From positions 23,932,001 through 23,996,000 of the forward strand of contig OZ024745.1 in the NCBI GenBank assembly GCA_964016885.1: 64,000 nt of DNA, in the 5' to 3' direction. The DNA is from Eledone cirrhosa (lineage: Eukaryota). The notes under the pieces were generated by a model. That model ran no database searches. It was not told the origin of the DNA and worked only from the letters and a program-made list of their open reading frames with translations. Below are positions 40,097-55,956 of this stretch, piece after piece (positions within the stretch are counted from its first letter, which is position 1; each line of letters begins with the position of its first letter). Made by a program: the position numbers and the translations under genes.

Positions 40097-40530
40097 AATG
40101 TATCAGGGATCTCTAAATACTCTTTTCATTGGTTCAATCGCTGAGCACTTTACATTTCCTGGTCAATCTAAATATTAATTACGATTGTGATATGTATTTC
40201 TTCCCCTTCACTGGCGACCCCTAATGACATTCCATCATCAGATATTTAACTCAGTTTGAAATTCAGACCTATTCTTTAAATGAATATATTCTGGTGTCTG
40301 CCACGTAGTAACACCAAAGTTGGGCGACACTAACAGCAGATAAGACTATATACATCAGCAGAAAATATTTAGTTAAACCAGCGAATTCGAGAGAGAACAG
40401 CACAATAAACAGAGACGATGTATATGCATGCATGTATGTATATATGTATATATGTATGTATGTACGTATGTAAGTACGTATATACGATACTATGTATGTT
40501 TATGTATGTTTATATCTGTATACGAGCACA

Positions 40531-40596
<66 letters not shown>

Positions 40597-40625
40597 ATAC
40601 AAACACACACAAACACACACATACG

Positions 40626-40677
<52 letters not shown>

Positions 40678-40828
40678 GAATTTATACCATTAGAGAAAAA
40701 ATAATGTCCTCCGGTCTAATTAATAAATTATGTTACATATGAATAGCTACTATAATGTAGACACTGATTCGCAGGTATAGTTGAATGCTAATTAATGTGT
40801 GTGTATGTATATATGTATATGTATATAC

Positions 40829-40955
<127 letters not shown>

Positions 40956-40980
40956 TATATATATATATGTATATATATGC

Positions 40981-41030
<50 letters not shown>

Positions 41031-41044
41031 GAATATATATATGC

Positions 41045-41075
<31 letters not shown>

Positions 41076-41092
41076 TATGCATATATATATTC

Positions 41093-41142
<50 letters not shown>

Positions 41143-41167
41143 GCATATATATACATATATATATATA

Positions 41168-41274
<107 letters not shown>

Positions 41275-41331
41275 TCATATATACATATATATATATATAA
41301 TATATAATATATATATATGTGTGTGTATATG

Positions 41332-41370
<39 letters not shown>

Positions 41371-41729
41371 ATGCATGCATTTGAAAGAGAATTAATAAAT
41401 GAATACTAATTCAAAAAGTTAAAAATACCCGAGGTGTTCACATAATTATTGAATAATTGAACTCATAGGATATTTTACGGAATCTATCTCAGTATGCAGA
41501 ATTTGAGAACTGAAACTAATATACGAGGTATTTCCATAGCTAACGCCTTGAATGTGTAAAGAAATATAGATTAGAAGCTAATATGTATTTCGGGGTACTA
41601 TTCACACTCATAAAATTACAATAAATAGAAATAATTATTGTAATAATGGTACTAATGAAAATAAGGATAACGAAAACGAAATTCGCAATGTTGCTAGAAA
41701 TAACAAAAGCACATAAATTTCAAAGGGAG

Positions 41730-42545
41730 TGGTTAGTCAATTTAAGCAGCCCTAAGTATTTGACTGGTACTTTATTTGCTAGATTCTCGAGAGACGGAAG
41801 GCAGATTTGCTCACGGTGGGATTTGAACTTAAGACATAACATATTTTAAAAAATACGAAATACATACTGCAAGGCATATTGTTCAATCCACCGCCCAATA
41901 ACTTCTGACAATCTACAATGAAATTATTTTATTTTCGTTAGTATGGTGACCACGAGAGAAGTGGATTGGCAGTATCGATAGAGCATCGATCAACATGCTT
42001 TGTAGTATATAGTTATGGCCCTTTACGTTCTGAGTTGAAATCCCGGTGATATTAAGCTTTGCTTTCATCCTTACGGGGTCGATAAAATGAAGTACCAATA
42101 ACGTACTGGGGTCGACTTAATCGAATTTCTCCTCTCCAAAATGCCTTGCGCCTAAATCAAAAACTATTCTTATCATGGATTGGTAGAATTGTTAGAGTGT
42201 TAAATAGAATGCTTTGCGGTGTTCATTCTGGTTGCTTGCGTTCTGAGTTCAAATCCCGCCTAAAGTCAACTTTGCTTTTCATCGATAATATAAAGTACCA
42301 GTCTAGTATTTGTACTTAAATCAGAAACAAGTTTTATCATATCTATAGATGGGGAAAACCACCAGTGTTTCGGATAGAATGTTTTACGGTATTCATTCTT
42401 AGTGCCTGCGCTCTCGGTTCGAATTAACTCTGCCTTTCACTCTTCTAGGCTCAAGAAAATAAAGTCCTAGGTATGTACTGAGGTTAATATAATCGGCTTT
42501 CCCCTTAAACTAAATTGAGGGTATTTTGCCTATTTTAGAAATAAT
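41730..42545. mobile_element. SINE cluster: one minus copy and two to three plus copies of increasing degeneracy
   Basis: ttctgagttcaaatcccgcc, ttgctttcatccttacggggtcgataaaatgaagtacc, and on the reverse strand gggatttgaact. Confidence 0.75.
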
Positions 42546-42865
42546 TATTTTCATGACACAATATCAAGAGATCATGGGTTAAATCTCCCCATCAGGTGAT
42601 GTGTGGAGTCCTTGAGCAATGAAATGTGAAATGTATCTAATATTGATCACTTAAACACAGATGAACATGAATACTAGCGGCAACTGGGGGTTACCCTTGT
42701 GAAGAACAGGTCACTCAACAAGGACAAAGTTTTGTAATCTTAATTGCTCAAAGCCTATAAAGCTGTATAAGCTCCGGTTTTCGTTCAACACATGCGAGCT
42801 TTGAAAAAAAGTCGATTAAATCGACCCCAGTGCGTTTCTGGTATTCTATTTGATCGAACCCGTAT

Positions 42866-42899
<34 letters not shown>

Positions 42900-44012
42900 C
42901 GTACCCCCCCCCCTCTCCTCACACACTTATATATATTTAATGATTTCGTATTTGTCAAGTTCATTTCAAAAAGTCAGAAATGTCACAACTTTCCATATAC
43001 TTTTACTATTAAATCTGAGACTTTGCACTTGCGTCAAATTTCTTTATTGATGCTGTGGATGTTGCAGATGTTACATACACACACACACAAGCATACATAC
43101 ACACACATAAACACACACACACACATACACAAGCAAATACACACACACAAACAAACACACCGCCATAAACACACACATATATACACCCACAAACACACAC
43201 ACACAGAAAACACACGCACACAAACAAACAGGCACACAAAAGACACACACACATACACAAATATTAAACAATTGAATTTTCCCTCGTATTTAACTGGTGT
43301 TACTTTTATAGATGGTAGGGTGGAATCAGATCAGAACAGATGAGGTAGGGGTAGGTGTGTGTATGTGTATACACATTTATTGCCGAGGAAATACATGTGA
43401 TATGTCCTCAATGTTTCGTTGTGAACACACAACTTTCAAATGGCCCAGTCCACTTAGCTGTCAATAGATACTGCAATGTAGGAAAAACAGTTGAGTTGAA
43501 GAATGATTCGCTAGTTTGAAGTTCCCAGTTCAAGACATACGCTACAGTCCAGCTCCTATTTAAATGTATGGGTATCTTGAGTTAGATTAATTTATTTTTA
43601 TTTTAGATAAGCACCAGATCATTTTTATTCTTTGATTTTTACATTTTAATGGGTCAAGTCCAGCCGACGTCAACTTTACTTCTCACCCTTTTGAGGTCGA
43701 TTAAAAAATGTCCCAGCCCAGTACATTTGTTGATTCTTTCTTTATATCTCTTTCTCACTTCCCTTTTCTCTCCTTCTCTTGAAGAAATCGGTTGTGGTCA
43801 GACTAGTTCAAAAGTGCTCAAGACACACCCAATGTCACTACGGTGCCCCTTCGCATCTGGAATTACTTGTCCATACACAGTTCATAGGGAGTCTTGTAAC
43901 ATGTATGTTAACGAGTGCGGCAAACGATTATAAGCTTTTTTAACCAAGCCAACGCCATACCAACTTCACCATATGTTTCACTTTTCGTATTAAATGAGAT
44001 ATTCTCTTATGT

Positions 44013-44063
<51 letters not shown>

Positions 44064-44401
44064 AGATTAAAACCCTTATATAAGTAATCTTTTCATTTAA
44101 TACACCAATGTGTGTTCTCTTATATCTTGTTTTATAGATAAGTCACTAAATCAAAGGAACTACAGAACCAATAAAAACAGTACTAACATCCCTGGAAAGA
44201 AAAATAGATGCAACATTGGATAACAACGGCAATAATAACAACTAAAACATCAGTATGCTCTCCTAACAGATTGGAACGTGTGCTGTTTTCGGTGGAAGTT
44301 TGATGAATTCCAGATGTAATGTATAGAAGAAAGAGTTGCTATTGGAGAAGAGGCAGAAATATTAGGATTTCATTGTAATTCTGATTTTGAAATAACTCTC
44401 A

Positions 44402-44600
44402 TACGAGGATCGGCTGGAAAATTCAAAGACTAACTATGAATGATTGATGCTAGAGCTTTGAAATCTCGCATGCATTAATTTCAACTCTTATTAATAACAC
44501 CATTGTTTCTTTCAAAGGTCTATGTTGAAAAATAAACCTCATTTGTCCATTCCAAGAGAGTATCTTGGTCAGCTTATGAACTTACCAGAGGACCCTCGTA
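44402..44600. mobile_element. Mariner-type MITE, family copy 3
   Basis: TIRs tacgaggatcggctggaaaattca / tgaacttaccagaggaccctcgta with TA termini. Confidence 0.8.
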
Positions 44601-44786
44601 GATTAAATCTAATGATCTACAAATAAGGTATTTGATATCTAAAGATTCAGAAGTTATACATCTACGGTGATGGCTACGTATAAATATATACAAACACCCT
44701 ATTACAAAGAACACATAAAAACAAACAAACAACAACAAAAGAAATTAGAAGTTAACAGAACATGAATCTCAACAGATACTGCTAGA

Positions 44787-44972
44787 TAATTGTTTCTACT
44801 TTTGGCACAAGGCCAGCAATTATCGCAGTGTATTACTGGTACTTTATTTTATCAACCCCGTAAGGATGAAAGGCAACGTTAACCTCGGCGGGATTTGAAC
44901 TCAGATCATAAAGGGGCGTAACTCTGTGCTACAAAGCGTAACGTCCGACCCTCTACCGATACTGCCAATCCA
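44787..44972 (-). mobile_element. tRNA-derived SINE, full length
   Basis: Reverse complement of the main family from ggattggcagtatcggtagag to gtagaaacaatta. Confidence 0.9.
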
Positions 44973-45570
44973 ATAATGAAGTTTTTCCAGAAGAACACCC
45001 AGGGTATCATACACTCCTTGAAATATATCGTATCTACTAAAATATAAGTCGATATGAATATAAGCCGACTCCACTTATTTATATCTGAGAAATGGACAAA
45101 AATCCAACCTTATTTACGTTGGTGAAAATCGTCAAAATATTGACCTCGAATATAAGTCCACCCAATACTACCATCGATATTATAGTCACATATTCATCGG
45201 TTTGTATTCGAATATATTCAGTAAGTATTCTTGTATTTCGAGCTCCAGAGAATAACAGTTTATTGGGTTTGGGGATTTTAGTGTCTGTGTGTGTGTGTGG
45301 GGGGGGGGGGCTTGGTATAGAAAGCAGAAAGTTGTATATGTGAATGAAAGGCACCTGAAGACATGTTTTTATTAAACAATGAGGCTATTAATTTTTTATT
45401 CTAAATAACCAAATCCCTACCAGGATTTCTAATGATACTCGAGACAGGGAAGTGTTAAGATCGAACGACTGCCCACGGTTACACTACTTGAAGTGTGTGT
45501 GGAAATTAACAGTTGTAAATTATCTTTCTCAGCACCGAGAGACCATTGTGGGATGGTTTACCAGGAGATG

Positions 45571-45882
45571 CGTTTCGAAAAAATACTTCATCGAAGTACA
45601 GTGAAAGAAGAAAAGATGTATGTATTCGTACTCAGTATTATAATTATTATTAGTACACACATTTACAAAAAGTTTACGAAATACATACTTGTATACATAC
45701 CACCCCCCACATATATATAAACAATTATATATATATATATGTGTGGGTGGGTGTATGTATACATATATGTATTTCGTATACTTTTTGTAAATGTGTGTAT
45801 TAATAATAATTATAATACTGAGTACGAATACATACATCTTTTCTTCTTTCACTGTACTTCGATGAAGTATTTTTTCGAAACG
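45571..45882. repeat. Fold-back inverted repeat, ~150-bp arms
   Basis: 45571-45720 is the reverse complement of 45725-45882. The distal end has a degenerate hammerhead-like (t)cgatga..gaaa-cg-tt. Confidence 0.9.
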
Positions 45883-46119
45883 TTAGATACTTTTCTTTTT
45901 TTTTCGCTTTTGGCCTTAATATTTTCCTAGTACACACATACTTTTTAAGTTCTTGGGCATACATTTTATCTACTGAGTATTTTCTTCCTTTTTACATTAT
46001 ATTTGTCTTGTTTGAAATTCGCACACCGTTCGATTATGTGTCCATTTTCCTACCTTATTTAACCGGTTCTATTTGTTTTGTACCTATATATATATATATA
46101 TGTGTGTGTGTGTGCGTGC

Positions 46120-46174
<55 letters not shown>

Positions 46175-46178
46175 CATA

Positions 46179-46254
<76 letters not shown>

Positions 46255-46366
46255 TGTATATATATATATATGCGCAAATAACATTATATAGTAATATTTT
46301 ATTGTATTCGCTTTTCATAGTTATGTATTTTTAATCTTTTTATTCTCTTCTAGCAAACATAAATAT

Positions 46367-46367
<1 letters not shown>

Positions 46368-46423
<56 letters not shown>

Positions 46424-48624
46424 GTGATGATGTCGATAATGATGACAATGATGATGATTGTGTTGGAGGTGGTGGTGTTGATTGAGGTGGTGGTGGTGAT
46501 TATGCAGGCCATGTAGACGACTGAGGAGGAAGCTATTGTTGAGGATGAAGCCACAAGCTGAAATTACTGCCAAATAAAAAAATGAAGCATAAAAGAAAAC
46601 AAATAATAATATAACCAGGACAACCGCCATATTCATAGACGAACTTATTACCACCGCCACCATCATGACAACAATCACCACCACCGCCACCATCACGACG
46701 ACGACGACGACCACCACCACCACCACCACCATCACGACCATCACCACCTCCACCACTATCATGACATCCATCAACACTGCCGCCACCACCACCACCATCA
46801 TCACCATCACCCCCCCCCCATCATGACCATCACCACCTCCACCACTTTATCATGACAAACATCATCACCACCGCCACCACAACCACCACCATCACGACCA
46901 TCACCACCGCCACCACCGCCGCCACCACCATCACGACAATCACCACCGCCACCACCACCACCATCACGACCATCACCACCTCCACCACAACGACGGTCAC
47001 GAACAACAGCAACATCACCGTCAACAATACCATCACCACCACCACCACCACCACCAACATCAACAAATCCAACACCACCACCACTACCTCTACCATCAGC
47101 AACACCACCAACAACAACAATACCATCACCAGCACCAGCACTAACACCACCGCCACCGCCACCATAAACAGCAACAATTACGAACACAAAAAATATATAA
47201 TTCAAAAACTTCAGACATTGCTATTGTCGTCTCACCTAGTTATTTTTTTCTTTCTATTTGGCATTTTTTGTTCACCCTCCCGACACCTTTGTAATTACCA
47301 TTACCAGCACCACAGCACCACACCACCACACCATCTCACCACCATACCATCACCACAACACCATACCATCACACCATCTCACCACCATACCATCACACCA
47401 TCGCACCACCATACAACCACCACAGCATCACACCATCACACCATCTCACCACCATACCATCACCACAGCACCACACCATCGCACCACCATGCAACCACCA
47501 CACCATCACACCATCACACCATCTCACCACCATACAATCACCACAGCACCACACCATCGCACTATCGCACCACCATACCATCACCACAGCACCACACCAT
47601 CACACCACCATACCATCACCACACCACGACACCACACCACACCACGCCACTATAACATCACATCACCACACCACGACACCACAGCACCACACCACCACAG
47701 CACCACACCACCACTGCACCACCACACCACCACACCACCACAGCATCACACCACCACACCAGCACATCAGCACACCACCACATCAGCACACCACCACACC
47801 ACCACACCACCACACCACCACATCACCACACCACCCCACCACACCACCCCACCACGCCACCACACCACACCACCACACCACCACACCACCACACCGCTAC
47901 ACCATCTTACCACAACACCATCACATCACCACACCATCACACCATTTCACCACCACACCACCATACCATCACCACAACACCACACCATCACACCATCTCA
48001 CCGCCACACCCCCACACCATCACCACACCACAACACCACCACCACGCCACTACACCATCTCACCACCACACCACCACATAACTACACAACCACCCCACCA
48101 CCCACCACCCACCACACCACCAAACCATCACCACAACACCACACCATAACACCATCTCACCGCCACACCCTCACACCATCATCACAACACCACACCATCA
48201 CAGCATCTCACCACTACACCACCATACCCTCACCACAACACCACACACCACACCACCACAACACCACTACACCACCACACCACCGCACCACTACACCACC
48301 ACACCACCGCACCACCACACCACCACTCCACCACAACACCACCACACCACTACACCACCACACCACCACACAACAACAACACCACACCACCACACCACCA
48401 AACCACTACACCACCACACCACCACTACACCACCACACCACCACACCACCACACCACCACACCACCACACCACCACACCACCACCACACCACCACACCAC
48501 TACAACACCACACCACCACACCACCACCACACCACCACACCACTACACAACCACACCACCACACCACCACACCACCACTACACCACCACAACACCACACC
48601 ACCACACCACCACCCCACCACACC
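46368..48624. repeat. (GAT)n, (ACC)n and (CACCA/ACACCACC)n low-complexity tracts
   Basis: Direct composition. The His/Thr/Pro ORFs are artefacts. Confidence 0.93.
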
Positions 48625-49052
48625 ACTCGTTTTCGAGTACGGCCACTACTTTATATCCATGCAGGAGAACCCCTACCGAAGCGCTGAACGAGTGTGACTT
48701 TTTAGTCCAGCCAGCGACTTGAAAACTCTGGTACAAACACTACACTTGTGACAATTATTGACACATAGTGCTAGGCCCATGGTACCATGTGATGACAAGT
48801 GCAGAGAGATCTCCAGATATAAAGCAATGCCTGTGTCGTGATGCTTTTATAGTGAGCAAAGGCACTGCACAAAGCCAGTCCCACTCTCTTAACCAAGATG
48901 ATATTTACCAAAAAGAAGAACAAGTCAACATCATTGGATACCATCAGGGTTGCAGGTGTTATATCAGAGTTTTCCTTCTCCTAGTATTCTGCCTTGACAA
49001 AGGCTAAGGGGTCATCTCTCCCGGTGATTTTCGATGGCCATTGACTCTTAAG
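48625..49052 (-). mobile_element. Second, truncated copy of the 13934-14541 element
   Basis: Near-identical to 13945-14371. The ORF track gives almost the same 79-aa translation for both. Confidence 0.9.
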
Positions 49053-49207
49053 ATACATACATATATATATATATATACATGTATATAATATACATATATA
49101 TATACATACATATATATATACATATACATATATACATATATATATATATGTATATATAAATATATATGTGTATATACATTCACACACAAACACAAACACT
49201 CACACAC

Positions 49208-49299
<92 letters not shown>

Positions 49300-50239
49300 A
49301 CATATATACACAAGGCAAACAGCAATAACAAAGCAAACCACACAGTTCAATGAAGAAATATATTATTAGTTTTACACTTGTTACAGTAGGAAAAGTGTGT
49401 TAACGGTTCGGACGTTAATCTTTCATCAGAGAATAGAATGAGAAATCAAAGAAGAAATAAGATAATTGAAGAGACTGGGCAGTGGCAGAAACGAGAAAAA
49501 TGCTGTTTTTTTCCAAAGGAAAGACAGGTCTATTCAAGTTTGCTATCTCTTGGATAACTTAATGCTAGCATTTTGTGTAAGATGATCAAGTTTTTGAAGG
49601 CGATGATCGAACGCGTCTAGCTGAAATGGACAAGAAATCATTTTGTGTATAGAACTGTACGTATGAGTGTGCGTATACATGTGTGTGTATGTGTTTGTGC
49701 CTGTGTGTGTGTTAGTCATTGATCCATACAGAGCTGTGAAAGTACGTGTAGAGGTATGTGTGTGTGTTTTGTTGGTCTGTATAAGCTGTATGAGTGTTTC
49801 TGACCATAACAGAACCATCGGAATGTAAGGGATGAATGTACGCGCGCGTGTGTGACAGCGGATGAGGTAGGGGTGACTGTGGCTAAAGGTGACTGTGACT
49901 AGGGCTAGTGAAATAAGCACGAGCGTATGTGTACAAGATGAAAGAAATTGGGGAGGATAGTTAAGTCCATTAGGGGAACTAGACCCAAGGTGGAAAATCT
50001 GACTCTTCTCAGTCATGGTGCGCGAGACCAATAATCCGCGATGTAAAGGACACGAAGGACTGAGACCTGTAGGGAAGGGCGGTTGGGGAATTGAAATGAC
50101 GAGTAACTGACGGCGGCCTGTTTGTCCGAATTGTATGGACCCACCCGCCAATGGAACACCGAAGGGCATAACGGCAAAAAACTTCACTCTATAACCAAAT
50201 CTCAACTACCATTAATACCAAAGCTGGAATGGAATGGAT

Positions 50240-50530
50240 ATCCGTCGATTTCGACAATGAGTGTTTCAGTTGTTGCATCAACAGAACAGCTTGCTCTTTA
50301 ATTTGATGCATAAGTGACTGAGTATTCCATGGACACATGTATCCTTTAACATAATTCCCAGAGAAGGTCAGCGTGGCAGTATGTTACAAGTTATGAATTT
50401 GTGGTACAGTCAATTCGACGGGCTTCTGCATAGTTTCTGTCTACCCAATTTCACTCACAAGACTTCTGAGGATCTGAGGCTACGGTAACTGACACTTGCC
50501 CATGACACTACACAGTGGGACCCAACCAGG
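50240..50530. mobile_element. Degenerate fragments of other SINE families, including a CORE-like minus-strand copy
   Basis: tcaacagaacagcttgctc..aagtgactgagtattcca and cgggcttct..tctacccaatttcactcacaag..gacacttgccca..cagtgggac, recalled as octopus SINEs. Confidence 0.55.
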
Positions 50531-50989
50531 GGGATTCTTTGATCCATTTGGCTGCAGTACACTGCGTCTATGACACGACGATTATAACTAACAGTATGAC
50601 AAGAACATCAACACCATGATCAAATATGCCATTAAAAATACCATTGACATTATCACCATGACAACGACGACAAACACCGCTTCCTTCACCACAACCAGCA
50701 CCACCAACGCGAACATCAAAAACCGATAACAATTAACATCTCTATCATATCAGTACCACGAACCATTAACACCATGAAACAACGAGGGGTGGGGGTATCC
50801 TTATAGTCACTCGATCTGCTAGAAATAATAGCCATATCTCCCTCAGTTCACACCTCGTCGACTTAGAAATGGACAGATTAAATATCATAGTCCTAGTCCC
50901 CTGCACATTGAAAACGACGGAATAGTTATAGTTGGAATGTCTTTCATCAAAGACCGGCTCCATTATGGCTGATGTGGAAAAACGAAACA

Positions 50990-53062
50990 GCAACAGTAAC
51001 AACAACAGCAACAACAACAGCAACAATAACAGCAACCACTAACACGACAACCACCATTTTTCGCCATTAAGAAGATACCACCGTAATATCCAGCCCCAAC
51101 ACCAATATTACAATCATTAACACCAACGACAGCAACAACAGCAACAACAGCAACAGCAACCACATCAACCATTAACACCACTACCATAATTTTTCGCCAT
51201 TAAATAGATACCACCACAATCTCCACCCCACCACACCCCAACCCCACTACAATCATCATTAACAACAGCAACACTACCAAACACGGAATCCCGTCACAAA
51301 CCCTACCACAACTACCACCACTACAACACCTAACATCACCACTACCACCACTACTACAACCACCACCTCAACTACCACCACTACAACACCTAACATCACC
51401 ACTACCACCACTACTACAACCACCACCAACACAACTACCACTACTACAACCACCACCACCACCACAACTACCACCACTACACCACAACTACCACCACTAC
51501 ACCACCTAACATCACCACTACCATCACTACTACAACCACCACCACAACCACCACTACTACAACCACCACCACCACAACTACCACCACTACAACACCTAAC
51601 ATCACCACTACCACCACAGATATCACCACCACCACCACCACCACCACAACTACAACAACTACAACACCTAACATCACCACTACCACCACTACTACAACCA
51701 CCACCACCACCACAACTACCACCACTACAACACCTAACATCACCACTACCGCCACTACTACAACCACCACCACCACAACCACCACTACTACAACCACCAC
51801 CACCACAACTACCACCACTACAACACCTAACATCACCACTATCACCACAGATATCACCACCACCACCACAGCTACTACTTAACATCACCACTACCACCAC
51901 CACTACTACAACACCTAACATCACCACTTCCACCACAGATATCACCACCGCCACTACAACTACCACCACTACCATCTTCACTATTACCCCTACAACAGGT
52001 AACATCACCCCACCCCCACCCCCACCACCACAGCTACCACCACTACCATCGTCACTACTACCGCTACAACAGGTAACACCCCCCCCCATAATCATTAAAC
52101 CTACCATTATCACCTCAACTAAAAAAGAACATATTTAAAGACTCGCCATCACCACCACCACTACCATCACCATCACCACTACCATCACCACCAACACTAC
52201 CACCACCACCACCACTACCACCACCATCACCACTACCATCACCAACACCACTACCACCACCACCACCACTACCACCACCATCACCACTACCATCACCACC
52301 ACCACTACCACCACCACCACCACTACCACCTCCATCACCACTACAACCACCACCACCACTACCACCACCATCACCACTACCATCAACACCACCACAATCA
52401 CTATCAATATTAGCAACAACGCAAACACCACCAGCACTACCAACAACAACACCACCATCAAGAACAACACCACCAACACCACAAGCAACAGCAACCTCAA
52501 CACCACCAACACCACCAAAATAACAGCAACACCACCAACACCACCAACACCACCAACACCACAAGCAACAGCAACCTCAACACCACCAACACCACCAAAA
52601 CAATAGCAACACCACCAACACCACCAACACCACCAACACCACTACCACCACCACCACAAGCAACAGCAACCTCAACACCACCAACACCACCAAAATAACA
52701 GCAACACGACCAACACCTGCAACACCACCACCACCACAACCAACAACAACCAAAACACCACCACCACCACCACAACCAACACCACCAAAACAACAGCAAA
52801 AACAACACCACCAACACCACCACCACCGCCACAGCAACGCCGCCAAAAACAACATCGACAGCAACACTACCAACACCATCACCAACACCACCACAACCAA
52901 CACCAACACCAAAAAAAGGCAGCAACAGCAACAAAACAAACACTACCACCAGCAGCATTACCATCAACAACAGAAACACCACCAACAACCTCAACACTAC
53001 CAACACCAACATCAAAAACAACAACAACAATAATCAGTACTACTACAACAACAACCACTACT
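50990..53062. repeat. (ACC)n/(ACA)n-derived low-complexity and minisatellite tract
   Basis: Units such as actacaacacctaacatcaccactaccacc. Confidence 0.92.
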
Positions 53063-53358
53063 GCTTCTGTTTATAGTCCTGATTTGTATGTGGCGCCAGC
53101 TGTCGGCTTGTTGAAACATCAGTTCTAAGGCAACATTTGTTTCGTTGCTCGGATATTCCCAGTAGTGTTGTCGTCACCAAACAAGAAGCCACTATACAAC
53201 CCACCTTCTACCATTCACATTATGCCAAGCCCCTACATACACACACTCAGAAATTCCCTGTCTTTCTTACTTCATGTATGTACGTGTTATTTACACACAC
53301 ATTTGCACGCCCACAAATATTGGTAATATATTTATATACATACATACACACACACACA

Positions 53359-53394
<36 letters not shown>

Positions 53395-53521
53395 AAAGTT
53401 CTATTTAAATTGTTGGGATACAACAAGCAAATATTTTTACAACTGATATAAAGCACTCAACAAATATTTGGAGTAAAAATACGATATTAACAAATGGAAA
53501 CTATATTTATAAAACCATATT

Positions 53522-53586
53522 TATTTCATTATACATATTTCAAGGACACCAAGTTAAATTATAGTGTGCTTTCATCAGATAAAATA
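53522..53586 (-). ncRNA. Type I hammerhead in the left inverted repeat
   Basis: UAUUUUAU CUGAUGA aagcacacua..ugguguccuu GAAA UAUGUA UA AUGAAAUA. Confidence 0.78.
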
Positions 53587-53724
53587 TAATATAGATCAGT
53601 TTTATAAATAAATATTGACATACCCTTAAATAATGCAACCATTGCTGTTGGAAGCTCCCGGATAGTGGAGTTGTAGCTTTAATTATATTATTAGTATTGG
53701 ATATTTATATTTTTAAATATTTAT

Positions 53725-54411
53725 ATTATGGTTCGCTCATCCTTTCTCATTAAATATTAAAACCCCTATTGCTAAACTATTTTTTAAAGCTTTGACAAAT
53801 GCTTCCCAAGAACACATAGATATTATTCAATTTTTAATAGACATACTATAAAATTAACTTATTCTTCCACCAACAATTTAGCGCAAAATATTAATAGAAT
53901 TAATAATAGAAATTTAAAACCTAACCAAAATACCACTAATAACCCAAGCAATATCCAATTTGATAAATGTAACTGTAGAAATAAATCTAACTGTCCGTTA
54001 AATAACAATTGCTTAGCTAAAAATATAGTACATAATTGTAATGTAAAAACGAATTTAAATTCATTTAATTATGTGGGATCCACTTCCACAGAGTTTAAAT
54101 CCCGCTTCAATAATCATAAAAATTATTTTACAGATCCAAACAAAAAATCTTCAACTTCTCTATCTAGCCTTTTATGGGACCTAAAACTAAAGAGCGTTGA
54201 ATATTCGTTGATTTGGAATATTATTTCAAAAGCTACTCCTTTTAACTCCTCTTCAGAAAATTGTGATCTTTGTATAGAGGAAATATTCTTTATATTAAAG
54301 ACCAAAAATTCCCTGAACTTAAGAAATAATTTATTCAGTTGCTGCAGACATAGATTAAACTCAAAGTTTAAATATAAATATAAATTTAAAATGTATTATA
54401 TAATTAAATAA
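53725..54411 (+). pseudogene. PLE C-terminal region with GIY-YIG endonuclease
   Basis: IFNRHTIKLTYS, CNCRNKSNCPLNNNC, YVGSTSTEFKSRFNNHK, TSLSSLLWDLK, CDLCIEE..LNLRNNLFSCCRH. Frameshifted near 53790. Confidence 0.85.
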
Positions 54412-55606
54412 TTAATTTTATTACTATATTGAACCTGTCGATAAATCATTAGATTCCTTCATCTTTTTTGACTGATTATACACTCAAGTAAAAATACCTT
54501 TTCTTCCTAAATATAAATAAATATAATAAACTATTCTAGAGAAATATATTGAGAGCTCTTGAAAGGAGAAAATATTTCTTATATTTTTTTATTTTTTATT
54601 GTTTGATAGCTTCTATTTTCGAAAGTTTATCCTTTCAAAGTTTAAGTTAAATATACGTAGAAAATTTCTATACTAAATCTATTAAACATACTATTATTTT
54701 GAAATTATAACTTAAAATATTCTATAATATTCTTAAAATTATATTGTTTTTAAAGTCATATTGCTTATAATTATATTTCCAAATTGTAATATAATTATTT
54801 TGTATTTTATGTACTCAATTATACTATGTACTGTATTTATATATACTTCTCTCTATATGTGTGTATATATATATATATGTGTATTGACATACATGTACAT
54901 ATGTTTTATGCGTGTATGTCTATCTGTATGTATATGTATACGTGATGCATATCTACCTATTTGTTGAGGGTACATATATGTATGTATATGTGTGAATTGT
55001 GTATATACATGTGCGTGTATATCCATACACTTATGTATAGTGATTATCCCAAGATTCGTGACAGATAGACATATAATAACAGCCATAAATACATAACAGG
55101 TAATCTTATAAAACTTACATAAAAATGTTGTTTAATAACATAAAGTGTGTATAACATAAAATTTCCTTTAATATCTTAACAATTATAACATTTTATAAGA
55201 TTCCTATATCTTAAATTAAATTAAAGAATCCTTTATGTTTTGTGTGTATATATTATATACGTAATTAGATATGTATATGTATTTTATAAGTGTGTATATA
55301 TATTTATATGTATGTATTTTTGCGTGTGTATACGTGTTATATAATATATAGATCTTTAATAATATATGGATTTCTTAATATGTAGATCCCAATTTTTAAT
55401 ATATTGATCTCAATATTTAAATGATTAACTAAATATCTAATCATATTTTAACAATGGTTAAATTTAAAAAATATTATATATGTATATTCCATTCGTGATT
55501 ATTAACATTTCTAATTTATTTATTAATTTCATCTCAATTGTTAAGTTAACTCAACAAGATATGACTTAGAGTTTTTCGTTCTCTCCCCTTTTCTCTGTCC
55601 CCCCCC

Positions 55607-55638
<32 letters not shown>

Positions 55639-55852
55639 GTTGTTCTGGTGTTTATCTCTCTCTCTCTTTCTTTCTCTCTCCTTCTCTATCTTTCTCTTTC
55701 TCAATAACTCAACGGCTTATTTTAAAAATATAAATATCCAATACTAATAATATAATTAAAGCTACAACTCCACTATCCGGGAGCTTCCAACAGGTAATGG
55801 TTGCATTATTTAAGGGTATGTCAATATTTATTTATAAAAGTGATCTATATTA

Positions 55853-55917
55853 TATTTTATCTGATGAAAGTACACCATAATTTAACTTGGTGTCCTTGAA
55901 ATATGTATAATGAAATA
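55853..55917 (+). ncRNA. Type I hammerhead in the PLE 3' terminal repeat
   Basis: UAUUUUAU CUGAUGA aaguacacca..ugguguccuu GAAA UAUGUA UA AUGAAAUA. Confidence 0.8.
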
Positions 55918-55956
55918 AATATGGTTTAATAAATATAGTTTCCATTTGTTAATATC

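Noticed and set aside
47258-48697. 479-aa His/Thr/Pro-rich ORF
   Set aside because: Low-complexity CACCA repeat running into a dispersed element, with no coding evidence.
49395-49435. Minus-strand ctgatgaaagattaacgtccgaaccgtt
   Set aside because: GAAA is changed to GAAC and stem I does not pair. Possibly a PLE remnant, but not supportable as a ribozyme.
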